Source: Octopus vulgaris
Taxonomy: Eukaryota
NCBI GenBank assembly: GCA_951406725.2
Contig: OX597832.1
Coordinates: 55,180,001-55,244,000 of the forward strand
Direction: 5' to 3'
DNA length: 64,000 nt
Shown here: piece by piece, positions 14,695 to 29,801 of the stretch
How the letters are laid out: each line of letters begins with the position of its first letter
Position numbering within the stretch: position 1 is the stretch's first letter
Program-made: the position numbers and the translations under genes
The notes under the pieces: generated by a model
What the model was told of the DNA's origin: nothing
The model's database searches: none
The model's input: only the letters and a program-made list of their open reading frames with translations

Positions 14695-15074
14695 CTCTTT
14701 TACTTGTTTCAGTCATTTGACTGTGGCCATGCTGGAGCACCGCCTTTAGTCGAGCTAATCGAACCCAGGACTTATTCTTTGTAAGCCTAGTACTTATTCT
14801 ATCGGTCTCTTTTGCCGAACCGCTAAGTTACGGGGACGTAAACAGACCAGTATGGTGATTGCCAAGCGATGTTGGGGGTGGGGGGGACAAACATATATAC
14901 ACACACATACATATATATGACGGGCTTCTTTCAGTTTCCGTCTACCAAATCCACTCACAAGGTTTTGGTTGGCCCGAGGCTATAGTAGAAGACACATGCC
15001 CAAGGTGCCACGCAGTGGGACTGAACCCGGAACTGTGAGGTTCGTAAGCAAGCTACTTACCACACAGCCACTCC
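14695..15074 (-). mobile_element. SINE family A, full length
   Basis: tacttgtttcagtcatttgac...cacacagccactcc. Confidence 0.9.
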
Positions 15075-15256
15075 TATTTCCGCTGTCTGTCCCTGCTCCC
15101 ACCCCACCTCCACCAAAACAAAAAATTCCGGTGGGGATTGTCAGGACTGGAACGGTATTTCGTCACAGGTTTCTTCTTCACTTGCTCACCACTTGGCGTG
15201 GGATTAAGGAACATCGCCATCATCTCTTCCTCTCCCTCTTTCTATTTTTACTACCC

Positions 15257-15292
<36 letters not shown>

Positions 15293-15938
15293 TTCATCAG
15301 ATTTCCCATGCCACTACCGCCCGCCATACCCCATGACCGCCATATCAATGCAAACTAGTAATTGCATTGAATGGATTGTTGCATGCTTAAAGAAGATCGT
15401 GTGTGTGTGTGTGTGTGTTTGTCTGTGTGTGTGTGCGTGTGTGTGTGACGTCATTTGACTTCGATTCGTGTAATCATGCAAAAGCTCGCCAGGTTTAATA
15501 GAAATATCATTAGTGTCTTGCGAAACCAGGCTTTTTACTTCCTTATCACACGCATGCGTGCACACATACACACACACACACACACACACGCACTCGCACA
15601 CACACTCGCACATATGCACGCACGCCCGCCCGCTCACGTGCGTGCACGCACACGTAAAGCCGAGCTTTCTATTCAGAAATTATCTGAGGAAACCTGACTT
15701 AAAAGTTGTAATACGAACCAAACCACCCTAGATTGCATACTCACCGTTATCATCATCATCATCATAACCTACCATCGCCATCATCATCGTCCTGATCATC
15801 AATCCCCACCCCCATCATCATCATCATCATCACTCAACCTGATATACTAAGACACGCCTTTCTCTCTCTCTCTCTCCTCATCCTACTCTTTTTCTTTATT
15901 CTCTCTCATGTTCTCTCTCCGTTTCTCTCTCTCTTTCT

Positions 15939-15970
<32 letters not shown>

Positions 15971-16029
15971 GTATCCTGTATGTATTTTAAGCACGATAAT
16001 ATCTGTATCCAAGCAGACTTAATATGATT

Positions 16030-16508
16030 TACTCTTTTACTTGTTTCAGTCATGTGACTGTGGCCATGCTGGAGCACCGCCTTTAGTCGAGCAAATCGAA
16101 CCCAGGACTTATTCTTTGTAAGCCTAGTACTTATTCTATCGGTCTTTTTTGCCGAACCGCTCGGTTGTCAAGTGATTGGGGGGGGGGGGGCAAACGTATT
16201 CACACACAAACGTATTCACACACATACATATACATATACATATATATACATATACATATATATACATATACATACATATACATATATATACATATACATA
16301 TATATACATATATATACATATACATATATATACATATATATATACGACGGGCTTGTTTCAGTTTCTGTCTACCAAATCCACTCACAAGGCTTTGGTCGGC
16401 CTGAGGCTATAGCAGAAGACACTTGCCCAAGGTGCCACGCAGTGGGACTGAACCCGGAACCATGAGGTTCGTAAGCAAGTCTCTTGCCACACAGCCACTC
16501 CTACGCCT
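16030..16508 (-). mobile_element. SINE family A with expanded internal microsatellite
   Basis: Same head and tail as the other copies; expanded (TACATA)n. Confidence 0.9.
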
Positions 16509-16559
16509 ATACTGTTACTCTTCTCATATAAATATACATTATAGTTGTTGTTGTGACGG

Positions 16560-16760
16560 TTGTTGTTGTGATTTGTCGTTGTTTAGTCCCTGGTCAGTTC
16601 TGAGGAAACAGACCTTTGATTCAATCCGTTCCAGCAATGACATTACCGTCTTCTTTCGAACATTACATGTCAAGTAAAATCTACGTTATCCCATATTATC
16701 CTCTGTGTACATAACCATTGTGCGTTCTTCAAAGGTTTCTGGCTGGTGTTTCTTGCATAT
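16560..16760. repeat. Old dispersed repeat family E (other copies ~720-830, 2810-3010, 4820-5020, 40380-40610, 58890-59060)
   Basis: Recurrent gttgtttagccccaggtcagc-like start and ggctgc/gtatttctagca-like end in both orientations; heavily diverged. Confidence 0.55.
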
Positions 16761-16780
16761 CACACAACTACGTTGACAGT

Positions 16781-17331
16781 GATTGGCTGGTGTTTCTAGC
16801 AGGTCGAATGACTGCGTAGATGGCTGCTACCTCACTGGTTCTTACAGATTTGCGACCAACCTTATTGAACGGACGATAGTGCGTATTCGAGGGTGATTGG
16901 CTGGTGTTTCTAGCAGGTCGAGCGATTACGTAGATGGCTGCTACCTCACTGGTTCTTACAGGTTTGTTGCCAGGTTTATTGAACGGACGATAGTGCGTAT
17001 TCGAGGGTGATTGTCTGGTGTTTCTAGCAGGTCGAATGACTACGTAGATGGCTACTACCTCACTCGTTCTTACGGATTTATGTCCAGCCTTAGTTAACGG
17101 ACGATAGTGCGTATTTGAGGGTGACTGGCTGGTGTTTCTAGCAGGTCGAATGACTACGTAGATGGCTGCTACCTCACTGGTTTTTATAGATTTGCGACCA
17201 GCCTTATTTAACGGACCATAGTGCGTATTCGAGGGTGATTGGCTGGTGTTTCTAGCAGGTCGAGCGATTACGTAGATGGCTGCTACCTCACTGGTTTTTA
17301 TAGATTTGCGGCCAGGCTTATTTAACGGACG
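16781..17331 (+). repeat. 114-bp minisatellite, ~4.8 units (duplicate at ~31297-31848)
   Basis: Units beginning gattggctggtgtttctagcaggtcga (with minor variants) start at 16781, 16895, 17009, 17123 and 17237. Confidence 0.95.
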
Positions 17332-17642
17332 TTAACCTCGATCTGTGTCGAGTTAACCTTCAAATCACCATCTTTGACTCATATACGGCTTTTAACAACA
17401 CCGGAAGGAACTAATTTTCGTACGCTTACATTTAAGCCTTTAGAGTTGATAGAGATTTTTTTTTTATAGCTTTTTAAAAATTTTTAAGTTTCTCTTTTCT
17501 TTTTCGTTTCATCTTTTAATTATTGAAAGAGTATTCCATTCCAATTTACATATTTCAGCTATTAACAGTATTGCGTTTCCTGAGCCTCGTTCTCAATTTA
17601 ATTTTTTTTCTTCCTGTGTTTTTTTTTTCTTTCTAATGTATA

Positions 17643-18159
17643 TCTTTATATATAAAAGTGAAGTTGTGTGAGTGTCTGTCTCCTACGATTTAGATTCCTA
17701 GCTACTCCCACATTTTGCGGTGCAGTTTAACCAAAACCGGGTATCTTATAGTCGTGATTCATATCGAGCCCGTCTGAGTATTAGCGCGCGTCTACGATGA
17801 GTCTACGATTTTAAAAATAATTTAACATAATTTTTTATTCCATTTTAATGCATAATTTTTCGTGTGTCGATGGCGGCGGAGTTGGCGTCCACGCTCAAAC
17901 ACCTGCACCTGTTTTTGCTTCTCCCCCTTCTTCCCTCCCTCGTGAAGCTGTGGGGAAGGGAGTGTAAGGAAATCAACGTCGTAAAGCGTTGTCAAGGAGA
18001 CCAGCGTTCTTTTAGAACAACGACTTCATGGCTTGAAGACACCAAAACAGAAATGGCTAAGAAAGCCCGAATTGGCATCTATAAAGGAAGTAACTCTCTG
18101 AAAATGCTTATATAGTTATTTCCCTTACAAAACCGAGCAACGCCGGGCGATACTGCTAG
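17643..18159 (+). mobile_element. Non-autonomous Helitron, unit 1 (duplicate at 32160-32674)
   Basis: 5' TC(TTTATATATAAAAG) preceded by A; 3' GC-rich hairpin ccgagcaacgccggg ~10 bp before terminal CTAG; no TSD. Confidence 0.85.
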
Positions 18160-18545
18160 TCTTTATATATAAAAGTGAAGTTGTGTGTCTGTCTCCTACG
18201 ATTTAGATTCCTAACTACTCCCACATTTTGCGGTGCAGTTTAACCAAACCCGGGTATCTTATAGTCGTGATTCATATCGAGCCTTTCTGGGTATTAGCGC
18301 GCGTCTACGATGAGTCTACGATTTTAAAAATAATTTACCATCATTTCTTTCCATTTTAATGCATTTCTTTTGCTATTATATAAGGAAGTAACTCTCTAAA
18401 ATGTCTACGATGAGTCAACGATTTAAAAAAAAATTTACCATCATTTTCCCCCCATTTTTGATGCATTTTTTTGCAATAACTCTCTAAAAATGCTTATATA
18501 GTTATTTCCCTTACAAACCCGAGCAACGCCGGGCGATACTGCTAG
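18160..18545 (+). mobile_element. Non-autonomous Helitron, unit 2, head-to-tail with unit 1 (duplicate at 32675-33045)
   Basis: Precise CTAG|TC junction; ends cccgagcaacgccgggcgatactgCTAG followed by T. Confidence 0.85.
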
Positions 18546-18752
18546 TATCATATATAACACACTAAATTGAACGCGAGATCTATGTTTTTTGTATACGTGT
18601 GTGTGTGTGTGTGAATTCATTCGTTATGAGCTGCGCACTTTTCGCCCTTATGATGCAATATCTAATTATGCAAAAGTCTCTGAGCCGGAGACTATTTGCG
18701 TAATATGAATACATTCGAATTGGTCGGCTCTCTTTCTTTCTTTTTTTATCTT

Positions 18753-18796
<44 letters not shown>

Positions 18797-19065
18797 ACGC
18801 ACATATATTACGACTTAATTTCTTTTTTTAACTGAGAATATTGCTTTTCCTGTTTTCGAGGTCATTCTTATCGTGTTCAGTCGTGTTACCTTGAGATGAC
18901 TTACGAGTAAAGACTAAAAGTAAAAAGTTGACTAATGTAAGTAAGATCTTAGAAGACAAACTTCTGTAATGGGGGAACCAGGGCCCTTATGACCTTCGGC
19001 GGGATCCATGTTCAGAGTTCGCAGTTGAAATTTGTGCTGTAAATTGTTTATGCTTCTACAATACA

Positions 19066-19231
19066 CATGGCTGTGTGGTAAGAAGCTTGCTTCCCAACCA
19101 CATGGTTCCGGGTTCAGTCCCACTGTGTAGCACCTTGGGCAAGTTTTTTCGGGCCGACCAAAACTTTGTGAGTGGATTTGGTAGATGGAAACTGATTGAA
19201 CCCCGTCGTATACATACACAAACACACACAC

Positions 19232-19297
<66 letters not shown>

Positions 19298-19820
19298 TCG
19301 ACTTTTCCTTTCATCCTTTCGTGATCGATAAATCAAGTTCCAGTTGCGTACTAGGGTCGATCTAATCGACTAGCCCCTCCCCAACAATTTCTGGCCTTGT
19401 ACTTAGAGTAGAAAAGATTTTTGGATTTATTTGGGTTTATCAGCCTATAAACATGATAGTTCTTTCTACTCTTGACAGTTTATTTATGGGGGAAAGGATT
19501 AGTCGATTACAAGTGGCATTTATTTTATCGACATCGAAAGGATGAGAAACAAAATTGACCTCGGCGGAATTTGAATTCTAAGCATTTTCCTAGTTTGTTA
19601 ACAATTCTGTCTGCTCACCGCGTTAATAAAATTTAAAAAATATTGATTTCAAATTTTGGTATAGGGCGAGCAAATTCATAAGTGAGGAGTTAAGTCGATT
19701 AGATCGATCCTCGTGCTCTAATGTTACTTATTTTATCGATACCGATACGATGAAAGGCAAAGTCGACCTGGGCGACATTTGAACTCAGAACGTAAAGACG
19801 GACGAAATGCCGCTAGCCAT
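19066..19820. mobile_element. SINE cluster: A head (+), B 3' half (+), two diverged B copies (-)
   Basis: Family motifs as described for the other copies. Confidence 0.8.
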
Positions 19821-19866
19821 TTTGTTCAGTATTCCTAACAGTTGTTTTTTGTTTGTTCCTTCTCGA

Positions 19867-20090
19867 GCCATGCCTGGCTCATTAGGGCCGGTTTCCCGGT
19901 TTCCTTGGTGTATAGGTTCCCCGCCTGGACGGGACGCCGGTCCGTCGCTGGTGAGCTGCAAGATCCAGGAGGAGGCGCGTGGAGCTTAGGTGTTTCGCTT
20001 GTAAACACACACATCGCCCGGTCTGAGATTCGAACCCGCGATCCCTTGACTGCGAGGTCCGCTGCTCTAACCACTAGGCCACGTGCCTCC
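19867..20090 (-). mobile_element. tRNA-headed SINE with a V-domain-like body (related copy 46790-46994 -; related head ~9375-9490 -)
   Basis: Minus strand gcgacggaccggcgtcccgtccagg...ggaaaccggg resembles the V-SINE core as I recall it. Confidence 0.7.
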
Positions 20091-20752
20091 ACATTCCTAA
20101 CAGTGCCAAAGACCAAAGAATAATAGATACGGTACAGCAAATGGTTTGCAGTATTTAGTTTCCATTGCTCTGCAAGATCTAATTCCGCCTGGATAATTTT
20201 AACCTTTCCTCTCTGCAGGGTCACTGGAGTAACTTCCCAGTCCTGTATTTGTGCCATTGTGGGGAAATCAGATGGGAAATCAACTAAGCAGTTCTTAGTT
20301 CATTTTAAGTTAAATTCTCAAAGAATTTGATACAATAATTACTGAAAGAATCGGCTTCGTGGGGAACAGGAAAAAAAAAAAAAAAATATCTGTGACTAAC
20401 TGATGCAGCAGCAGCAGCAGCAGTAGTAGCAGCATTGTTGGATCGCCGAAGACTGGGTTCTGTTGATTATTTTTATTTTCCGAGTTCTTTCAAGTCGTTT
20501 TGTATTTTTAACCAATCTCTGGGGGACGAGGAAGTCATTATGAAGGAGTTGGAAGTTAGGTACATGACCTGTCGAAGATATTATATAGGATAAAGCTTTA
20601 AAGGGCCTGGGATGGGTCCATTCACCCCCACCCCTCTACCACCGTATATATAAATCGCTTATGGAGCTTATTCTTGTTTTCTTCATCCCGATACATCCGT
20701 ATATATATATAAAATATGTATGTATGTATGTATGTATTTATTTATTTATTTA

Positions 20753-20799
<47 letters not shown>

Positions 20800-20884
20800 G
20801 TATATATGTGTGTGTATGTGTGTATATATATGTGTGTGTGTATGTGTATATATATTGTGTGTGTATGCGTATATATATATATAT

Positions 20885-20931
<47 letters not shown>

Positions 20932-21036
20932 TTTTGTAAAGCCTGATACTTATTGTATCATTAGTTTTTGCTGAACCGCTAAGTTACGGGGAGGTAGACA
21001 CACCAACACCGGTTGCCAAGTGATACTGAGGCACAC

Positions 21037-21072
<36 letters not shown>

Positions 21073-22565
21073 GCGGCGGGCTTCTTTCAGTTTCCGACCA
21101 TCAAATTCACTCACAAATTCACTCCGAAGCTAGAGTAGAAGACAGCTACCCAAGTTGCCATGCAGTGGGGCTGTTTTATAGAAATTATAGAAAAAATAAT
21201 AATAAATAAACCTCATTTTCAAACTTATTTATCCAAATTTACGTCGATCTCAGAGCATAAATTTCTTTTTAAAACATCTAACAGCCGATACTGAAGTGGA
21301 TATTCGAATAAAATACGTGTGAAAAATATGTGGAAACCAATTTATTGAAATAGATAAGATATAAGCTAATGAATTTTTTTAAAGTGTTTTTCTGTTTCGT
21401 CGTTTTACGAATTAAATCACATGTCTTGGAGCCATTTACAGACATAAGCTGATATAAGCCTATATTTTTAATTACGGGACTTAAAAACAGAAATAACCAC
21501 AGCAACAGCAATAACAACAGCAGCAGTGGTGATGGAACGAGTCGGGTGGAGCTTGGGGTAATCATTTCTACAGAGCGATGAGGGATTTGTTACTCTACAG
21601 CGAAAGTAAAGGTTTCTCAAACAACGTTTAACGCTAAACTGTTTTGCAATATTAAATATCTGGCGTATGCCACGTCAACAGTTATAAGCAGACGTTTGAA
21701 CTTCAACTGGTTTTTTTCTCTTTTTTATTATTAGACACCAGTGGATCGTGTTCATTAGCAAGTTACAAAACACCATTTCGTTTTTTAACCCGTTGAATGA
21801 GAAAGCATGGGAACATGTAACACACAGACGCACACGTATCCTGCTGCTGTTGTGTGTGTCTGTTGCCGTTTTGTCTTCCCTCTTTGTGTGTGGTATTTAG
21901 GAAGGGAGAAATTGCTGTAAAGTTTTACGAGAAATGTGAGATTTTTTTCCGCCGTTCCATCTCAACTACGCACATTGTGTCTTTTGTGTTTCTGTCTCTA
22001 TCGAAAATAGATCGTAGGGAAATATTTTTTTATATAGACAAAAAGAGTTTAAAAAACCTGACGAGGAACACGTAACCAGCCTGGGTCTTTTGCTTACAGT
22101 TCGTGAGAAAAATGTAAATATCACCAACTGTTATAGCTCGGCTTTTGATGTTTAATATAATATAAGCGAATTTGTGTTATTTTAAAGATAATAAAATGAG
22201 TTAAAAATACTAATTTAAACGTGTACATTGGTAAGAGATGTAATGCTAGTCATTTTGTTTCCTTTTCTGTACGGATTTTAAAGATTTGTAAAGTCGGCTC
22301 TACGACATCAATTCTAGGCTATTCGGTGCGTTGATTCAACTGTCCTAGATATAATGGCTTCGTTATCGATGTATTTTGACTAGACCCGCAGTAATTTTGT
22401 ATTAGGAGAGACAGAGGTGTGTATGTGTGTGAGAGAGATCGATAATAATAACTGATTCTCGTATAATACCAATACCTGTTTTATTGACTTGAAGTGGATA
22501 CGAAAACTAAACTCAATCTGGACGGAAAGTCAACTAATGACAGCAGCGATATATGTGTTTGTGTA

Positions 22566-22596
<31 letters not shown>

Positions 22597-22650
22597 ATCT
22601 ATATATCTATATACACACACACATATATATGGTATATATGTATATGTATG

Positions 22651-22694
<44 letters not shown>

Positions 22695-22804
22695 TAATCC
22701 AAACAAGAAAACAAAAAGACAACAACGCGAGGATGTGGAACAAATAAAGTATTATTGGACGCTCAGGAAAAGAAGGGGGAAGAAATATATATATATACAC
22801 ACAC

Positions 22805-22853
<49 letters not shown>

Positions 22854-22978
22854 GGTATGTATGTATATATACATATGTATGTATACATATATATATATAT
22901 AGTATGTATGTATACATATATATATATAGTATATATGTATATATATATATATACGTATACATATAGTATATATGTATG

Positions 22979-23025
<47 letters not shown>

Positions 23026-23343
23026 AACTAGTTGTTGCTGTGAAGTGTTCATGTCCGTTTACTTGAAGACGCGATCGACTTAGCGGGAAAACGAATAGTT
23101 TTTTTAGGTTTTTTTCTTCTTTTTTTTTCTTTCTGACGAATACAGGGTGTGAAGTTTGAAAACCGGATATAATTTTACGGCAGTAATAAGCTCGATGTGA
23201 TGTTCGCCAATATATTTATTGTACGTATGTGTACATGTGTTATATATATACATATATATATATACGCATACACACATGTACTCATAAGCAAATACATAAA
23301 GGCAATATGCACGCAAATACATACACATCTACAAATGTGTACG

Positions 23344-23397
<54 letters not shown>

Positions 23398-23673
23398 AAA
23401 TCAATTTTAAATAAAATTAAGTATGGCCGGATTAGGATTTCAGTACAGATTAAACTTTATATTTAGTACATTAGGATTACGGTTTTAAATAAAGGCAGTT
23501 TCGGTGACGTCTCTTCTCCCCATCTCCCTACTTTCCTTTCTTTCTTTCTTTCTTTCTTTCTCCCCCCCCCTCTTATTAGCATAAACAATACGCTGTTGTA
23601 TTTTTTCCTGATAATATTATTGCCAACTGTAGGGATTTATCTGGTTATCTCATAAATACATTCGATTTTGGTG

Positions 23674-23773
23674 NNNNNNNNNNNNNNNNNNNNNNNNNNN
23701 NNNNNNNNNNNNNNNNNNNNNNNNNNNNNNNNNNNNNNNNNNNNNNNNNNNNNNNNNNNNNNNNNNNNNNNNN
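23674..23773. other. Assembly gap (100 N placeholder)
   Basis: Exactly 100 N characters. Confidence 0.99.
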
Positions 23774-25362
23774 TAAATGCGTATTAGGTAAAAAAAAAAA
23801 GAAAAAAAAAAAGAGAAAAACTGTGGATGCTGGTAAAAATGCTGACCTTCATTGTGTGTTGGTCAACTGGTTTCGACGACTTCAGAGTGTCAGATTGGAC
23901 ATGTTGAGGAGCAAATTAATGGCGGGGGCTCAGGTCTCTCATGCAGGTACAATACATCACGACTGGTTTTTTATAAAGTGTTCTCGTTGATCACAAGTCG
24001 TGGGTCAAGCCTAGGCTATAATAAGGTGCCACACGTCAGGAGTCGAAGTGATCGGAGGGCAACGTGAGACCAGATGTTTTACTGAAAAACACAACGCTCC
24101 ACCCTGTCAAGGAATTGAAACCGAGTTCGTGAGTACAACACCCTAACCACTAGGCCATACGCCCTCACTCACACATATAAATGTGTTATTACGGCCGCCT
24201 TCTTTTAGTTTCTGTCTGTCAAATTCACCCACAAGGCTCCGGTCGCCTTGTGACTGTAACATATGATGCTGAAACCGGAAAACACACGGTTTCTTGTAGC
24301 AGGAACGGCTGTTAGCTAATGAATTTGATTATGTAATTCCTGTTCTCTTGTCGTTTAATAACTGTGCTGTTATAGTAGTGAGATGGTTCTATACTTAGCA
24401 AGGGAACGAGATAACGAGAACTGTGGGTCGAGAATCCATTGTAGGCAATCAACATACCAGGCGATCTGGTTTTTGCCCTTCAAAGAACTTTTCTTTTTTT
24501 TTCTTTTTATTTTACTTGTTTCAGTCATTTTGACTGCGGCCATGCTGGAGCACCGCTTTTAATCGAGCAACTCGACCCGGGACTTATTCTTTGTAAGCCC
24601 AGTACTTATTCTATCGATCCCTTTTGTCGAACCGCTAAGTGACGGGGACATAAACACACCAGCATCGGTTGTCAAGCAATGCTAGGGGGACAAACACAGA
24701 CACATAAACATACACGCACATACATATGTATATACATATATACGACGGGCTTCTTTCAGTTTCCGTCTATCAAATCCACTCACAAGGCTTTGGTCGGCCC
24801 GAGGCTATAGCAGAAGACACTTGCCCAAGGTGCCACGCAGTGGGACTGAACCCGGAACCATGTGGTTGGTAAACAAGTTACTTACCACACAGCCACTCCT
24901 GCGCCTGTATTTTATTTATTTATGTATTTTTATTTCAAGGCCACGTGGAAAAAGAAAAAGGAAAAAAAAAAAAAAAGAGATTGTATTGCATGTATGCTTA
25001 ACTCTTATAAATTGGGGAAAATCTAATACTCGAATCAAACAAGCATTCACGCAAGTTAATTAAATCGCTTTAGTTCTAGTTCTTTCTACCCAAAAATATT
25101 CTTGAGGTTATTGACGAATATAATACTGCATTTCCGTTAGTTTGGAAATGTTAACAACCTCAGCGGAGAACGAATGAGTTCGTTAAGTGAATTCCGTTAT
25201 TCTGTTCACGTCTCTCTAAGTTATTTCTGAAAGATATTCTTCTAAACGTTTCCTCTTGTTACCTTTCTTTTCTTAGCATTCCGGACATTCCTTTGTCAAC
25301 TGCAATACGAAATTCGAATCGCTTTTTCTTTTAACTCGCCAAGTATCTCCTTTCTGCAATAG

Positions 25363-25426
<64 letters not shown>

Positions 25427-25582
25427 ACATACATACATATATATATACACACACATACATACATATATATATACACACACATACATACATATATATATAT
25501 ATATACACACACATACATACATATATATATACACACACATACATACATATATATACACACACATACATATATATATATATAT

Positions 25583-25613
<31 letters not shown>

Positions 25614-26033
25614 CAACATACATACATATATATATATATACAACATACATACATATATATATATATACAACATACATACATATATATATATATACAACAT
25701 ACATACATATATATATATACAACATACATACATATATATATATATACAACATACATACATATATATATATATACAACATACATACATATATATATATATA
25801 CAACATACATACATATATATATATATACAACATACATACATATATATATACACACACATACATACATATATACATACACACACATACATACATATATATA
25901 TACACATACATACATACATATATATATACACATACATACATACATATATATATACACATACATACATACATATATATATACACACACATACAGACATATA
26001 TATATACACACACATACATACATATATATATAT

Positions 26034-26064
<31 letters not shown>

Positions 26065-26069
26065 CACAC

Positions 26070-26110
<41 letters not shown>

Positions 26111-26165
26111 CACATACATACATACATATATATATATATACACATATATATACACACACACATAC

Positions 26166-26198
<33 letters not shown>

Positions 26199-26529
26199 CA
26201 CATACATACATATATATATACACACACATACATATATATATATACACACATACATATATATATATACACACACATATATATATATATATATATATGTATA
26301 TAAACTATGTCGGATGCCTCCTTCACACATCCTTTTTGCACTTTCCTTTTCCCTAAACGCCATAGCGTTTGTGTAACAAAGGTAATCAGCGAGTTCGAGT
26401 TATTTACTTTTATCAGGCGCTGTCAAACTCCCAGGCATGCTATCTTCTGACGATCTATATAACAACCGGACGTCGATACTCCTTACAAGTACACTTGAAT
26501 TAAGCTTTCGATTTTCCATTCTTCCTTCT

Positions 26530-26610
<81 letters not shown>

Positions 26611-26699
26611 TCTTTGGTATTTTATGGAACTACATGTCGACGGTGCTTAGAAACTGCAATTACCCTGGCTTATCGCAATTCAGATAAATGACATATGTT

Positions 26700-26763
<64 letters not shown>

Positions 26764-26879
26764 GTATGTGTGTGTATGTCTGTGTAAGTATGTGTGTGTG
26801 AATATAAATATGTGTGTATATATAAATTGTATGTATATGCATGTACATAAATATGTGTATGAATATATATGTATGTGTA

Positions 26880-26924
<45 letters not shown>

Positions 26925-27147
26925 GTATATATGTACGTGTATGTATATATATGTACGTGATTGTATATGTGTATATATATATGTACGTAATTGTATATAT
27001 GTATATGTGTGTGTATATATATATGTGTGCGTCTGTGTCTATATGTGTGTGTATATATATATGTGTGCGTCTGTGTCTATATGTATATGTATATATGTAC
27101 GTGTATGTATATACATACGTGTATGTATATATGTATTTATATCTGTG

Positions 27148-27180
<33 letters not shown>

Positions 27181-27538
27181 ATATGTGTGTGTAGTTGAAA
27201 CCTGTTATTTATTTTTAAGGAATCAAAAAAAAGAAAGAAGCGTAAAATAAATTTTATTTAAAAAAATCGAGTAAGCAAATCTCGCCTGCGGCCTATAAAA
27301 ATGTCTGACTTGCAGTAAGATGCATCGAGATCGTGTCAGAGACCAGCAGGTCGTGGACCAGACGTTTCTGACACATTACGCAGCGATTAGAATTTCAGAG
27401 TAAACAAATAAGAATGAATCTCTTGGCTTCTGTGTCTTTGTGTGTTTTTTAACCGACAACCGTGACTCTTTTGCGGTCTGTTTACACTCGCACTGGCTTA
27501 CCTTAATATTGTTACCAATGTGTGTGTGTGTGTAAGCG

Positions 27539-27577
<39 letters not shown>

Positions 27578-28092
27578 ATGTGCATATATATGTATGTGCG
27601 TGTGTGTGTGTATATATATATAAATATGTATATGTGCATATATATTTATATATGCATATGTATATGTGTATATATATATATGTGCATATGTATGTATACA
27701 TATGTTTGTATATATGTATGTGTATGTATATATGTATATGTATGAATATATATATCTATGTATGTGTATGCATATATATATATACATATACAAATATATC
27801 CTTGTATATGTATGTACATATATTTGTATAAAAATGTATATATATGTTTGTATATGTGTGTATATATATGTGTATATGCACATACATGTAATATATATGT
27901 GTGTGTGTGTATTTGTATATATTTTTGTGTATATATATATATCTATATAAATATGTATATATGTGTGTGTGTGTGTGTGTGTATGTATATATATATATGT
28001 ATATTTCAAACAAAGACAGGTGCGGGAAGAACAGATAAGGTGTATGAGTTTGACGCTCAAGAAATATTTATGTTTGTGTGGATATATATATA

Positions 28093-28136
<44 letters not shown>

Positions 28137-28468
28137 CGTTTTGAGAACTGGATCTTGAAGCACATGAAGCTATAAATAAATCCATTCCACTATAGTCACA
28201 AGGCATCTCAGTACTCAATTGGTACTTCGTGAAGTTATAAATAATCCCACGTAACTATTTGGTTGAAAAACACTTTTGAATAGCAGGGACGTGGGTTCGT
28301 ATCCCGCGCGCACCTTTCGAATTTTTTGTTTTATTCCAAGCGGTTTTTCAACCTGTATTTATACGCTGTCATTTGTAGCCGTTTGTGCTTCGAGATGCAC
28401 TCTTCCATATATAATTATTTCACGTTTACTCGTGAAGTTTACAAATTCTTTTGAAGTTATATATATAC

Positions 28469-28528
<60 letters not shown>

Positions 28529-28728
28529 ATATTATTTCAGCCAGTAGATTGTGGTCATGCTGGAGCACCGCCTTGGAGAAATTTTCGTCGAATAAATCGA
28601 CCCCAGTACTTATTTTCCAAGCCTGGTGCTTATTCTCTCGGACACCTTTCTCAAACCGCTGAGTTTCGGGGACGTAAATATACCAACATCGGTTTTTGAA
28701 GCGATGATGGGAGACAAACACACTCGTG

Positions 28729-28779
<51 letters not shown>

Positions 28780-29765
28780 CTGGCTTCTTTCAGTTTCCGT
28801 TTACCAAATCCACTCGCAAAGTGTTAGTCGGCCCAAGGCTATAGTTGGAGACACTTGCCCAAGGTGCCACACAGCGGAAGTAGACCCAATAGAGTCACGC
28901 GTGACTCATGACTGTAGCACTCAGTGCACTTGGTTGGAGTGCACATTTAATAACAGTTTGATTCAGCTCGGCATTACTTCAAGTTTTATGAGTGTTTAGG
29001 ACACGTCCACCTCGTCATATTATTTGGTTCTTTAGTGTTGATACTTATCGACCCAGCGAGTCAGAGAGAGAGGGAGAGAGACAGTGTGTGTGTGTGTGAC
29101 TCTTCACTGTCTTTCAAATTATTAATGATAGCAGCCAAATCTCCGTCATATCACACACTACTGTCTTAAAAAAAGAAGGCGGCTATATTTGGATAATATA
29201 TTCACTCTTTTACTTGTTTCAGTCATTTGACTGTGGCCATGCTGGAGCACCGCCTTTAGTCGAGCTAATCGAACCCAGGACTTATTCTTTGTAAGCCTAG
29301 TACTTATTCTATCGGTCTCTTTTGCCGAACCGCTAAGTTACGGGGACGTAAACAGACCAGTATGGTGATTGCCAAGCGATGTTGGGGGGGGGGGGACAAA
29401 CATATATACACACACATACATATATATGACGGGCTTCTTTCAGTTTCCGTCTACCAAATCCACTCACAAGGTTTTGGTTGGCCCGAGGCTATAGTAGAAG
29501 ACACATGCCCAAGGTGCCACGCAGTGGGACTGAACCCGGAACTGTGAGGTTCGTAAGCAAGCTACTTACCACACAGCCACTCCTATTTCCGCTGTCTGTC
29601 CCTGCTCCCACCCCACCTCCACCAAAACAAAAAATTCCGGTGGGGATTGTCAGGACTGGAACGGTATTTCGTCACAGGTTTCTTCTTCACTTGCTCACCA
29701 CTTGGCGTGGGATTAAGGAACATCGCCATCATCTCTTCCTCTCCCTCTTTCTATTTTTACTACCC

Positions 29766-29801
<36 letters not shown>

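Noticed and set aside
16781-17331. Ribozyme-bearing (retrozyme-like) satellite
   Set aside because: No CUGANGA core found on either strand of the unit.
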